In this document: piece after piece, positions 25,665 through 38,765 of the stretch
Layout of the letters: every line of letters begins with the position of its first letter
Numbering within the stretch: position 1 is the first letter of the stretch
Source: Octopus sinensis
Taxonomy: Eukaryota
Length of the DNA stretch: 64,000 nucleotides
Assembly (NCBI RefSeq): GCF_006345805.1
Contig: NC_042998.1
Location: 159,898,001-159,962,000 of the forward strand
Reading direction: 5' to 3'
Notes under the pieces: generated by a model
Told to the model about the DNA's origin: nothing
Seen by the model: the letters and a program-made list of their open reading frames with translations, nothing else
Databases searched by the model: none
Translations under genes and position numbers: made by a program

Positions 25665-26841
25665 ATATATACATATACATGCACACACACATACACACAA
25701 ATATATTTATATAAAATACACTTTAATTGAAATACAGTTTCCCCAAAATTAAATATATCTAACATAATAAATGTGAATGTCAGTGTGTCACACTTTTTCA
25801 ACTTTACTCCTAGTGGCTGTAGTCCAACATATCATACCATTTTGGAATCAAGCTGACTCTGTGAGTAAATTAAAAACATGATTCCTACATTTTCATTACT
25901 GCAATTGTTTTTGGCGATTTTTTTTACCTGGACGAATATGATCATCATTGGGATATGAGCCTGGAGGAAGCAACGGCAGCAAATTCTCCAAAACAAGTCA
26001 GAAATCTGTTTGCAGATCTTCCCATTCAAAAGCTTAAAAGCTGCCCAATTGTATGTACATACATACATACACACACAAACACATAAGTTCCCATCTGCTG
26101 CTTCTCTTGCCTATTCAATATCCTGTGGTCTCTGTCCCCTCTTCTATTCACTGAACCATACTACCTATGTAATGAGAGAAACATACTCAATGCCTACCAC
26201 CACTATCAATAAATGTCTATTTCTCTTTCACTCTAATTATGCTGCCTGAGTAATAAGGCATCCAAGATATCTAATACACTTTTCTATTTATGCCTCTGTA
26301 TTGCTAGACAACACAACTGATCCCCTTGTCAGGCCACTCCCTATTGATAAGCTTCTATCTACCACTCTTTTTCCCCTTGATCATCCATTATTGGTAACCA
26401 CCACACTCTCCTACTACTGATCATTTTTTCCACTATCTATTATTTGCTCTCTCTCTTTCTCTCTCCCTATCTCTCCTTCATACAAGCAAACAAGTAGCTG
26501 CCATTTAGGTCCCTCCCCCATCTTGGTACCTTAGCTTTTTTTTTTATACCAGTCTGCCTGAGACCATCCTGAATCTATGGCAAATTTTTTTTCAAAAGTG
26601 ATCTAAATTAAAAACCATCCATCAAAATTTCTTAAATTATATTCCATGGCACCATGATAAAATACACCTGTACACCCTGAAAAGTCATTGGTGTTAGAGA
26701 GAGCATCCACCTATAGAAAACAAAAAATATAATGTACATGTGAGATATAACCTTGTAGATGTTCTAGGAGGGCAATAACTCCAAATAAGAACTGATGCAG
26801 ACCATGATGATCAAATCAACCAATAACATAATGTAAAACTT

Positions 26842-27440
26842 TTATATATGATGAGGCGTACTGAAATACATGAAACTAGACGTCTAGTGCAAGAGATTCT
26901 TGATTCAGTCATGGGGTGGTTTCTTCCCTCATCAGTGTATGTGTATACATTTGTGCTCTTCATACAGCACAAAGAGTATTTTACTCCTATTTCTAACAAT
27001 GTAGGTGTCTCAATACCCTTAGTCATTATTAGTGACAATTGAATTTTTCCTTTATGATATATTATACCTAGTTGTTTATATTAATTTTTTGTATACACAT
27101 TAGCTAAATCATCCATAGGTTTCTATGGTAAATACATACATGCTGACTGGCAAAATTAGCTGACAACAGCCAGTCAAGCAACTCTCACTGATGAAGGATA
27201 TGAAAATACACAAAACTAGACAGCTAGTGTGAGAGATTCTCAATTCGGTTATGGGGCAGTTTCTTCCCCCGTCAGCACATGCATATACTTTTGTGCTCTT
27301 CCTACAGCACAAAGAGTATTTTACTCTTATATCTAACAATGTAGGTGTCTTGATACCCTTGGTCACATTTAGTGGCAATTGAATTTTTCCTTTATGGTAT
27401 TATATAGCTGTTTATATTAGCTTAGCTGTTTATATTAATT
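26842..27440 (+). repeat. two diverged tandem units with 340-bp spacing, each with a hammerhead-like motif
   Basis: homologous blocks AAACTAGAC at about 26873 and 27213, and GTGCTCTTC.TACAGCACAAAGAGTATTTTACTC in both units. Confidence 0.75.
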
Positions 27441-27494
27441 TTATTTATATATATATACATTTACACATACACAGATATATATATATATATATAT

Positions 27495-27581
<87 letters not shown>
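27495..27581. repeat. (TAGA)n microsatellite
   Basis: direct inspection. Confidence 0.95.
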
Positions 27582-27582
<1 letters not shown>

Positions 27583-30339
27583 GGCATACAGAAATACGTG
27601 AAACTATATATACTTGTTAATTCATTTATGTCTGTTTTACCATGCTAGCAGAGGGATTAGGCATAATGTCAACAAGAAATGTAAACAGTAACGCCATTTC
27701 ATTTAAATCATGGCAAAGTGAAATATCATCATTCATCCATTCTCTCTCACAAACACACACACAGTCATCATCATCATCACCATCATTTTAGCATCCACTT
27801 TTCTATGCTTGCATGGATCAGGTGGAATTCATTGAGGCAGATTTTCTATGGCCAGGTGCCCTTCCTCTCACCAACCTTCAGTTGTTTCCAAACAATATAA
27901 TATTTCCTCATGATCAGACATATTTTCATGGAAGATTGGAAGTGAATGACACCACTTTTATGACAATGACACTCATTTACAACAACCATGCAATATCAAA
28001 ATGAGGAGGCATAAACACAAACACAAATATAGCTATCCAAAGGGCTTCTTTCGGTTTTTATTTACCAAATCCACTCTGGTCTATACTGGAAGACATTCAA
28101 GTTCCACACAGTTGGACTGAACCCGAAACCACATAATTGAGAAGCAAACTTCTTAACTACAGTCATGTCTGCACGTGTGTGTGTGTGTGTTTGTGTGTGT
28201 GTGTCTGGATATACATACACACTTATATATTACAAAGTTGATGGTGAATCAGAAGGATCACATCAAGCACTCAACAGTGTGTATTGAGTGCTCATTTTCT
28301 CATTTATTAAACAAAAAAGGATGTTGATGTGCATATCTGTATGTGTGCAGCTGTATGTGGTGGAGGAAAGAGACAGAGAGAGAGAGAGATGTATTGATTC
28401 TGTAGATAAGGATATCTATATAAGATGCTAAAGCAGTTGTTTTACAGCTTTTTCTTCTTTTCATCAACAGCTCTATTGTGAAATTATGCAAACTTGATGC
28501 CTACGTTCAGACTACACTTCAATGCATCCATTCAGTTTTTTTTTTTTAATTCAATCAATACCTAGCTGGATGGATATGACTATTTGTAGAGAAAACAGTA
28601 AACTCAAGCTAATTTGTAAAGAATCTTACATCAAATATTCTTATATGACACCTGTTTCTGCTCAATGTCCTGCTTAATAGGTAAAGTGTATTGTTGCTAG
28701 CTTAGATAATGGATAAATATTTCTTTATCTCACACGCTGGTATGATAAATGTAGTTGACTGGCTGACCTTTCACAATAAGTATGATGTGAGAATAGGGAA
28801 CCAGCTCTATTGACTTTCCCTGAGAAAATGTGGTTTCTTTTCCTGACAGCTAGGTAAACTGGGGCAATATTGAACGAAGTGCTTTGCCCAGATACACAAC
28901 TAAACAGCTACTGTGAAACCGAATTTGACCTCACAATTCATGAGCAAGTAGTCTAATACTTTTATCTTATCCACTCAGCCAATTTCACTCCTACAAGCTG
29001 AAGTTTTCTCAACTTCAAAAATATTAAGTTGTTTGGAGAAATGTATTTCTCAAAATAGAAATGTTTATTAATCATAAAGAGAATTTGAAGCTAGCATTGC
29101 CAACTAAGAAAATGACCATCAGTTTATATTAGTGCACAGCTTTAAGCCGAATCTCCTTAAAATGCATATTCACAGAAAGCAGTTAAAGGCCATTCTGAAT
29201 CAAATATTTTATTAGAAACTCAATGACAATATACTAATTATTGGCTGCAAGGACAACAAGGAAGTTACTGCAACAAACTGGCCATATCCATAAAGACAAA
29301 CATTCTAAAGATTTAAACTTGTAGCTTGGACAGTGTTTGATAAAGAGAAGTAAACAAAACTGTGCTAAGGAATTAGAGAATAAAAAGTACTTTTAAATTG
29401 GAAGGAGGTGGGGGTCATGAAGCCCCCTGGAGTCCAAATCACATTGATTAGGAGCCACATAAAAAACACTGTGAGAAAAGGGACACAACTGCCAGCTATA
29501 CAATGACCTTGTCATGATCCTCCTATTAAATTTTTCCATGTTAATTTTAAAACCATAAATATTACTACAATAGTTAATTACTACATATTTCTTATTTTAG
29601 ATAACTTTGTTTACTATGGTAAACAAAAATACAAAACAATCCTATAGAATATGTATGCACTCAGATCTCCAGCTAGCCTAAGAATATATATGTATATTTG
29701 CATGTATAACCTGCCTTTTTGTTTTTTAGTTAATCATAAAAACATATTTCCTTCCATTCCTGGTTGTGTTTATGTTCTTTGTACTACTAAGCACTTATTC
29801 AACCCTTTATTTTGCCTCTAGCCAACAATGAACACTCCCATCCCTTTTATTTCAGTATATGTTCAATATCTTATTATCCAGCCCTTCCCTGCCCAGTTAA
29901 TCTAAATCCACTCTAGCTTCAGTGATTTACTTTTTAGATCCTAAATACACCCAACTGCAATGGTTCTTTTCTCTTTTTCAATACATTGTCTTGACATAAT
30001 TACCTCCTGCCCTCCCCCACCCCCCACCACGCTTTTAGTTATAGTCAGCAATAAGCTTAACTGAACTCACAACTTGACTACCATTTTCTTCAAACCATTA
30101 CTTAACCATACCAAGCTCTCTAAGTTCATAGGCTGTGACAACAACATTGATTAATCCATTCCTTACAGTTACTAAACTTTATTTCAACAAATCCTTTAGG
30201 GTTACTAAAATAGAAATAATAACTTTTTACAGTTTTTATAAAAAAAATATTTGGCAACACACAAAGAGCAAAAGAATGCAACACTGGTTGTCATAAAATT
30301 AGTTGCTCAGTTCTGTTCATCCTAGTGCACCTTTAGTGT

Positions 30340-31529
30340 CTGAATTCAACTGTCAGGAGTGTCAGGAAATTTACAAGACCATCTCTTTTGAACAACTCAT
30401 CAGTATCAAGGTGCATTGAGAAAATGGCTGGGGATGAGGGAAAACTATTAGTTAGACTATTACAAGGGTAGTAGTTAGCCCAGTAAATTGACGAGTCCAT
30501 TTTAAGAGATAATGAAGTCACTTTGGCGGTGTATGTTAGGTTTTTGGATGATTTTCAGTATCAAGAAGAAATACTTTTGGCTTGAAAGATTAAAATTTAA
30601 GTTGAGACTTATTACAAAGTAAACAATATTGCATTTGGAAATACAATGGATTGTGCAATTGATGATGCTGTCTTTATGGTAATTATAGATAGTTCATTGC
30701 TTATTTGAAAAAAGAAAATGCAGTGTTCCGGATTCTTTGCATACACTGAATAGTCAGCCATCATCATTTAGTATTGCAAACTAATTGAAAGTGTGAACAC
30801 CAGTTATACATCCAGAGGTGTAATGGCTATCAAAGAGTAATTGTCATCATTGCTTAGTGGCATTTTGGGACAGTACTGTACCATTTATGAATGGTTAGCA
30901 TCCTGACAAATAGTTCTTGTTATGTGTGATACATTTTAACCCCCAGATATATTTCAAAAGTTCAATTTTCTGAACGAACAGTTATAAAGAGAAAAGTGTA
31001 ATCTGATATCTTGCAAAGAGGCTATTACTGCTAACATAGAGAAACAGTTCTTGAGAGAGAATATTGCAAGTTGGTGCAGTTTCCAAGATTGCCCCATTGA
31101 CACTGAACTGCAAGATGATATCTGTGTGTGTGTGTTAAGCATTTGAAACATTTGTAGAATAATATAAAAGTTGGGTTCAGAGACTATCTAGAATAGGATC
31201 CATTTGGAGTAAATGCAACTGAAGTTGCCACTAAATTACAGAAAAGCCTAACAGTTGTAGGATGATTTAAAGAGCTCAAGGTAGATTCAAACATAGCAAT
31301 GATAAATAATGAAAAAGTAGTGAAATTGCAAGAAAATTTCTACTTTTTTAGAAGAAAGTAAAATAGTATGTTATTGTGTTTCTCAGTTCTTGTTGAATCT
31401 GGGTTTTAGTTTAGTAAGTTACTTGCTGAGTAACCATTCTAAAAAAGGGGATGAACTTCATTTTATTGCAAGCATGGCAGCCAAGTTGAAAAATTAGTCA
31501 CTTTGAATCAGCCACAAGGTTCACATTGA
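30340..31529 (+). pseudogene. hAT (Buster/Charlie, ZBED5-like) transposase remnant
   Basis: IDESILRDNE (hAT DES motif) near 30487, VESGF near 31392 and C-terminal LNQPQGSH* at 31503-31529; many stops. Confidence 0.65.
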
Positions 31530-32053
31530 ATAAAATACCAATTGTAAGAATAATTTTTGTTAACATGTATTTTGTTTCTTCATATTTATTCATTTTTTTT
31601 TGTAAATAAACTACACATTACTAAAGTTAATTTGTGGCAGTCTTTATAACTTAACATATTTAAAGAATTTTATTTGCTAATACACAGTTTCATCTGCATA
31701 GAATTGGTCTTTTTTGTAAGCTACTGCAAACACTTTGTTTTTAAATAATACATTTTCAATTTTTAAAAATCATTGCAAATGGTAAAATGATTGAGCAATT
31801 CATTACCAAATTTGCCAAACATGCAGAAACAGTTTGTTTTTTTCCATTAAATTTAGGTTACAGCATGTTTCTGTAAATAATTGTTCATTGAAAAATGGTG
31901 TTAAAAAGGAAATCTGATATATAAAGAAGTATTCATTAGAAACAAAAATTGAAAAATATCATTTATATACAATGATGTCTATCAACAGCTGTTTTTGTCA
32001 TGGTGACGGTTTGCCAACGTAAAGGTACATCATTCTATGCATGTGTGTGTGTG

Positions 32054-32085
<32 letters not shown>

Positions 32086-32788
32086 GTGTGTGTGTGTGTG
32101 CACGCGTACACACATATGTGTTTCTCTAACTGAGTATGCACATGTCTAAATGTTTAAATATTGCCACAGGAGGACATTTGACCCCCACCCTCACCCATTT
32201 AATTTTTTTTCCTTCCTTCATTATTCTGAAATGAATTTGGATTTGTATTCAAACTTTGGTGAAGATTCATTGAGAAACTGCAGAATTGTTTCAGGATAAG
32301 CGAAAGCAGACACTTCTAGATAATGCCAAGATGTTGATTTGGCTGTGTTGGATTTCTAACCTTTAAAAGCAACATTATACTTAGATATGTTTGCATAAAT
32401 TGTTATTCTCTAAAAGGAAATTGAATTATAAGTGAACTACAACAAGGATTTTCTTTATGACACTATTCACAGATTAACAATGTATTTTGTTTGTTTAAAT
32501 TTATTAATTTATTTATTTTGTTATTTTTGGAAAATTTCTATAATTTGAAGGATAAATATATAATTTGCTGTGAACAGATATGCATTAAGGCCTATTGAAG
32601 CAATATCTATTCAGCTAGTCAATTCTTTCTCTCTCACATTCTCTCTTTTATATGTGTGTGCTTGTTTATGTTTTTTTTAATATGTGCCTGTGCATAGGTA
32701 TGTATACACATGAATATAACATCTAATTTACACACAGATACATCTGTGTACACACACATACATATACAGATATACACACATGTGTGTG

Positions 32789-32843
<55 letters not shown>

Positions 32844-33974
32844 GCGTGCATGTGTTTTCAATATACGCTAGTGTATGAAGAAAATTTGAAGCACCAATAG
32901 ATGAAACTAAAGGTGAAAATAGGAAAAAAGTGAAGGAAAGAATTAGAAAACTCTAAAGAAATGACGATATATAAAAAGTTTAAATAAGTACACAGAGGAG
33001 AGAGATTAGGGGGAGATTGACTGACAACTAGTGACAGTAGGAAGAAAACACGATGAACTTATGTAGAGAAAATACAAAAGATATGCAAGTATGCAAGGGA
33101 AAATGTGTAATTTAGGTGTTAAAAGATAAGTAAAGAGGCATTATTGGAGAGAGAGAGAGAAAGAAAGAGAGAGATACAGATAACAGGAGAAAGAGCAAAA
33201 AAAACTGAGTGAGAGTAGAGAGAGCAGAGAAAAACGCAACAGAAAAACGTATGTGACACCCACCTGTATTCAAAATGTAAAGATGAATTTCAATGATTAT
33301 TCACAAAGATGAGCATTCAAATTAGAAGTATGCTTAAATATATATACATAAATATATATATATTTATACAAGTGCTTATATTCTTCAATGTGTGTGTGTG
33401 TGTGTGTGTACATATCAATGTATGTATGAATTTCCTAATGGGTTGCACTATCTGATAAGATAGAAGTCTGCAACACAATAACACCGTCTTGGGTTGTTGT
33501 TATTAAGTATTTCTTAGGTATATTTCCAGCAAAGATGAAGACTAAACGTGACTCCGAAAATCACAGATTCTTAAATAAAAACATGATTTAAACTGCAATA
33601 TCAAATAAATCTATAATACACTCTATAATTTGCATTACAAAATAGATGTAAAAACTAAATGAATTAAATAATAAAATACATACATATAATATCTGTATAG
33701 AACAAATCATAATATCTGAAACATGTATAATGTAGAAAATGTCTATAGTTATTTATTTGAAAATCTTTAGTGCTTCTTAGCCAGTTAGAAAAGACATTTA
33801 TTTTCTAAAGAGCAGCCCAGATAACAATGATGGAAAAAGGGGGTGGTAAGAACCATAGCTGGGATACAAGTACATGAAAACCAGAGAGAAGAATTAGGTT
33901 AAATTAAGTATTACCTGTGGGGAATAAAAGCATCAATTATAATTTAAATCTAAGATACATCAGAGGCACAATCA

Positions 33975-34950
33975 TTAGTAAGAAAATAAATTATCACACA
34001 GAGCATCACAAAAAGAACTCCAGTCACTTTGTTGATAGTTATGATAAGATTGAGGATCACTGCTAGGAAAAGTATTATAAAATATATCCAGTGAAGAAAG
34101 AATGTGGTCAGAGTTACTAAGTGAAGTATGGGAAGAGATAGAGCGAATGCTAGAATTAGACATGATCAATGATATGATAATGATAGTCACGATCAGGATG
34201 ACAAGTAGAAAAGCTGACTATCTGAGAGAGAGACTGAGACAGAGAGGAGACAAAGACATGAGTTCCAAAAGAATCTGTGGTTTTAGAATTGAGCCAATTA
34301 ATGTGATAAGCATTGAAATCACCGAAGATTAGAATACTTGAAGAACAAAAAAATTATGTTGAATACAGCATCAACAAGAGCAGTTTTGAGAGGACAGAGA
34401 GCACAATAAGGGGGCAGTATACTGAAAAAGCAAGTGGAAAAATATGAAGAAATGGTCAGAAGACTCAAACATTGTCTCACAAGCAATCAGAAGATTACTG
34501 CAAATGTAGACACCAAGATTATTCATATGATAAATGGAGTCTTTATGATGAAGAGGAGGCAATCAGTGATCAAGGAATCTAAATTAGAAACACCAGGATT
34601 CAGTTTAGTCTCACTAAGAACAAAAAAATGGTCAGGAAAGTTTTGTCATAGGAATGATTAAATAGAGGAAGTTAGAAAAAAGACTTCAAATATTAGTGAA
34701 AGACAGTCAGAGATTTGGATGATGGATTTGGTGTTTGTTTTCTACAGATGTGTGGAGCCATTTTACAAATAGTAAAATCAAGAGGGAAAGAATTCTAGGT
34801 AATCCTTCAAATCAATGAAAGAAATAACTGAATCCAGGAAGATATACTAGAGACCTAATGTTGTAAGAAAAGGCTCTTGGTATGACCTCAGGAATATCTA
34901 TCAAATATACTTGCTGAGGCATCCTCCATGTGTAACACAGCACTGCAAAT
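33975..34950 (-). pseudogene. decayed APE-type LINE endonuclease/linker fragment
   Basis: YHNYQQSDWSSFCDAL resembles the NYxxADWxxF linker of APE LINEs; otherwise heavily degraded. Confidence 0.35.
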
Positions 34951-35430
34951 ATCTGATATTATGCAGCTGTTGATGAACCAGTAGAGTTCAAGTTCTTATC
35001 AGTTGGATTCAAAAACAAAAACTGAGATTAGGCCTGTACTCTCACCAAGAGATAGCATAGAAGTACACATACACACATATATATACACACACATATACAT
35101 GCATATAATCATCCTCATTATTCTAATGTGCACTTTACCATGCTTGTAAGGATCAGATGGACTTTATTAAGACAGATTTTCTACAACAGAGTGTCCTTAT
35201 ATATATATGTATATATGAGGAGAAGGGGGAAGAGGAGAGGATGGGGGAGAAGGAAGGGGAGGAGGGGGATGAAGGAGGAAAGAGGGAGAGGGGGAGAGAG
35301 GGAGTGAGGGAGCAGAGGGAAGGGGAAGAGGGAGGGAGAAAGAGGGAAGAAGGGAAGGGGAGTAGGGGTGAAAGGATGAAGGACTGAAGAAGTAGGGGTC
35401 GGGGGGAGAAAGGATAGGTGAGGAGGGGGG

Positions 35431-36710
35431 TTAGATGAGGAGTGGGGGAGAGTTGAGACCAAATGGCGTATAAGAGCGAAGAGAGAAGATTAATTCCTGT
35501 TCACGGCGCAAACGGGAATCCGGATGGCCTCTGTGTAAGGACAAACCGAACACAGATAGGTGTTGCAAGGAGTGACCGGTGGAGCGGAAATGGCGTGAGA
35601 CCGGTGTGTCGTTCGCAAGGTGGATGTCACGAAGGTGTTCCGCGAACCGGTCAGCCAAGCGGCGTCCCGTTTGTCCGATGTACAAGGAATTGCAGAGAGA
35701 GCAAGAGATGCAATAGATAATATTGCTGGCGGTGCAGGTGAAGGAGTGGATGATGGGATAGGGTCGATGGTGGGTGCTAGTGAGGCGGGTGGTGTTGGAG
35801 AGGTAAGGGCAAGTGCGGCAACGTGGGCGGGAGCAGGGGAACGAGCCGGGTTGGGAGGTAGGGTCAGGGAAGGAGCTATGGACCAAAAGGTCTCGAAGGT
35901 TGTGGGCTCGTTTGAAAGAGGGGAGGGGTCGGTTAGGGAAGAGGTGTGAAGTGGACGGGTCGGACTGGAGATGACGGAAAGCTCGAAGAATGGTGCGTTG
36001 GAGACGTAGGGTCGTGGGGTGGTAAGTGAGGGGAAATGGGAGGCGGGAGACTACAGGGCGGGTTCGGAGAGAGAGAGCAGATACACGGTCCACGGACCGT
36101 GCTCTGGCAAGGGCGGTGTGGATAGTGGTGAGGGGGTATCCACGTAGGGTGAAGTGGTGAGCCATACGTTGAGACTGAGTCTCAAAGTCATGGTCGTCAC
36201 TACAGAGCCTACGTAGATGGAGGAATTGGGAATAGGGGATGGAAAGCTTGGTGTGTTCTGGGTGGGAGGAAGAGAAGTTGAGGTATGAGTGTGAGTCTGT
36301 GTGTTTGTAGTGAATGGAGGTGGTAAGAGTGGAGTGAAGAATGCTAACCGAAATGTCGAGGAAGGAGACAGAGGTGTTGGAGATAGTGGAAGTGAAGTGG
36401 AGGGCTGGATGGAAAGATTGGACGAAAGAGAGGAAGGAATCTAGATGTTCGCGGGAGAGTGAGGTGGCACCGATAATGTCGTCAATATAACGACCATATA
36501 GTTCAGGAGTGGGACCAGTGAAATTAGAGAATATTTGGACCTCAACATAGCCAACGAACAGGTTCGCATAGTTGGGGCCCATTCGCGTTCCCATGGCCAC
36601 TCCCGAGACCTGATGGTAGAACTCGCCCGCGAACGAGAAGCAGTTCAGAGTAAGGACAAGTTCGGCCAGACGAATGAGTGTGGAGGTGTCAGGTACAGGG
36701 TTAGAGCGGA
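35431..36710 (-). CDS. Penelope-like element (Neptune type) ORF, 5'-truncated: RT C-terminal half + Zn linker + GIY-YIG endonuclease
   Basis: open frame of about 425 codons with QVSGVAMG, GRYIDD, FLD, YKHTDSHSYL, SHPEHTK, CSRPRCRTC, IIYCISC..C..LYIGQT, RFAEH and REQELI. Confidence 0.93.
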
Positions 36711-37022
36711 CTCCCCCTCCCCCTCTTCTCCTCACTACACCACATGACTTTACACATCACATCACATATGATGTGCCATACTAATACACACACCAAGTAA
36801 TACATACTAATACGTACTAATACATACTAGTACATACTAATACTTACACCAACCCTATACATACACACGTCCAGACCCCGCATATGCACTTATACTCTCT
36901 CACACACACACACACATACCTATACATACCAATACGTACTAATACATACTAATACATACTAATACATACACCAACCCCATACATACGCACGTCCAGACCA
37001 ATCTTACGCACTAATACTCTCT

Positions 37023-37059
<37 letters not shown>

Positions 37060-37427
37060 ATACATACTAATACATACACCAACCCTATACATACACACAT
37101 CCAGACCCCTCCCACGCACTTTTAGCTGGTCCCTCAACCCTTTTATCAACCCTATTATCTCCCCTTATTTCGCTCTCGCGTCTCATGTTTGATCTTTGAC
37201 CTCTGGCCGAAATCAGATCGCCATGTTAATTCGTTAGCTACTGCACGCATTTTTTTCTCTCCTTCTTTCTGTGTTTTTCTCTCTCTGTGTATCTTTCTGT
37301 TGAAGAGCGTAGGCTCGAAACGTTAAAGACTTGTTTTATTTATATTTCCTGAGCGCCATACTAATACAATTGTTCGTTTGTTTTCCACCTGCCTTCGTCT
37401 TTTGTTTATTTTCATAAAGCTTCCCGT

Positions 37428-37430
<3 letters not shown>
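36711..37430 (+). mobile_element. inverted pseudo-LTR (distal 3'UTR) of the Neptune-type PLE
   Basis: homologous in opposite orientation to 24290-24700; three CA-rich subrepeats (CACCAACCC.ATACATAC.CAC.TCCAGACC); hammerhead motif; ends in (TA)n. Confidence 0.75.
37292..37329 (+). ncRNA. minimal type I hammerhead ribozyme motif (core variant CUGUUGA)
   Basis: TCTTT-CTGTTGA-A-GAGC-GTAG-GCTC-GAAAC-GTT-AAAGA: stem I TCTTT/AAAGA, stem II GAGC/GCTC, palindromic ACGT stem III. Confidence 0.65.
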
Positions 37431-37494
<64 letters not shown>

Positions 37495-37770
37495 ATTAGG
37501 GAGTATAATTCCAAACTTACAGAGAAAAATTCAATTTAGTATTAAATCAAATTTCACAATATAAATATATAAAATATAAATTAGAGATAAAACCACTATT
37601 ATGCAATTCAAACAATGATAGGCATAAACCAAAACATAAATAACAAATAAAATATATTTTTATAAAACATATAACTAGATCACAAAAAGTATAAACATGA
37701 ATAATCAATATATAATAAATAAAAACACTACGTACGTAATGTAGGAAACTGATCCTAATGTTTTAAGTTT

Positions 37771-37845
<75 letters not shown>

Positions 37846-37918
37846 TATATATATATATATATATATACATATATCTACATACATATATATATATATATAC
37901 ATACATATATATATATAT

Positions 37919-37952
<34 letters not shown>

Positions 37953-37960
<8 letters not shown>

Positions 37961-38245
37961 ATTGGTGAATTGAAGAAATGGAGCTGAACGCAGATTGAAC
38001 AGAAATCGTTTTATTTCATTCTACACGTGTTTCGAAAGGCACAAATTACCAAAATCCGATTGAATTCAGCTCCATTTCTTCAATTCACCAATAATGTTTT
38101 AATTTCAATTATCCGCACCAACGCACGGTTGCAACGCCAGATGGTTGTACCTCCAACCGTGCTGTTTACTGCTGTGATTTTTGCTACTAAGGTATCGGTT
38201 AAACTTTTGATTAATCTACTACAAGATTATTCATCTTTCTATTTA
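37953..38245. mobile_element. PLE family C terminal fragment with internal inversion
   Basis: 37953-38063 is the reverse complement of about 21050-21160, and 38064-38245 is a direct copy of about 21126-21305. Confidence 0.75.
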
Positions 38246-38247
38246 TA

Positions 38248-38278
<31 letters not shown>

Positions 38279-38331
38279 GTATGTATGTGTGTATATACAT
38301 ATATGTATGTATATGTGTATATATATATATA

Positions 38332-38373
<42 letters not shown>

Positions 38374-38552
38374 TGTGTTTGTGTGTGTATATATATATAT
38401 ATACAAAAAGCAATAAAGATTCAAGTTAATTTAAATGAATTTACTTGAATATGGTACCTAACTTAGATGCACCAAAAAAAACTATACTGTTTTAACAATA
38501 CAGTAATGTGGGGTGATTATAAGCGAGAAAGAAGCAACAAGAATGGATAGGT

Positions 38553-38642
38553 TTTTAGTACAATCGTTTCATACAAGGACAGGCTTTATTAAAGTTGTAA
38601 AAATTACAGCATATAAACGTGTCCCGTACTCATCAGCTAAAA
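38553..38642 (-). ncRNA. mirror copy of the type I hammerhead motif
   Basis: left arm of the palindrome; same motif read on the minus strand. Confidence 0.75.
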
Positions 38643-38674
38643 TACATGTGAGTTCTCTAGAGAACTCACATGTA

Positions 38675-38765
38675 TTTTAGCTGATGAGTACGGGACACGT
38701 TTATATGCTGTAATTTTTACAACTTTTAATAAAGCCTGTCCTTGTATGAAACGATTGTACTAAAA
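38675..38765 (+). ncRNA. type I hammerhead ribozyme motif
   Basis: TTTTAG-CTGATGA-GTACGGGACA..(long loop)..TGTCCTTGTAT-GAAAC-GATT-GTA-CTAAAA; stems I, II and III all pair. Confidence 0.75.

Noticed and set aside
31989-32024. Possible 36-nt plus-strand exon (AVFVMVTVCQRK)
   Set aside because: Weak polypyrimidine tract and donor (GTACAT); too short to distinguish from chance
35230-35460. G-rich purine tract with G-quadruplex/H-DNA potential
   Set aside because: Fully explained as the low-complexity PLE 3'UTR; no independent evidence of function
35463-36747. Plus-strand ORFs overlapping the Penelope ORF
   Set aside because: Antisense shadows of a GC-rich coding strand with no recognisable motifs
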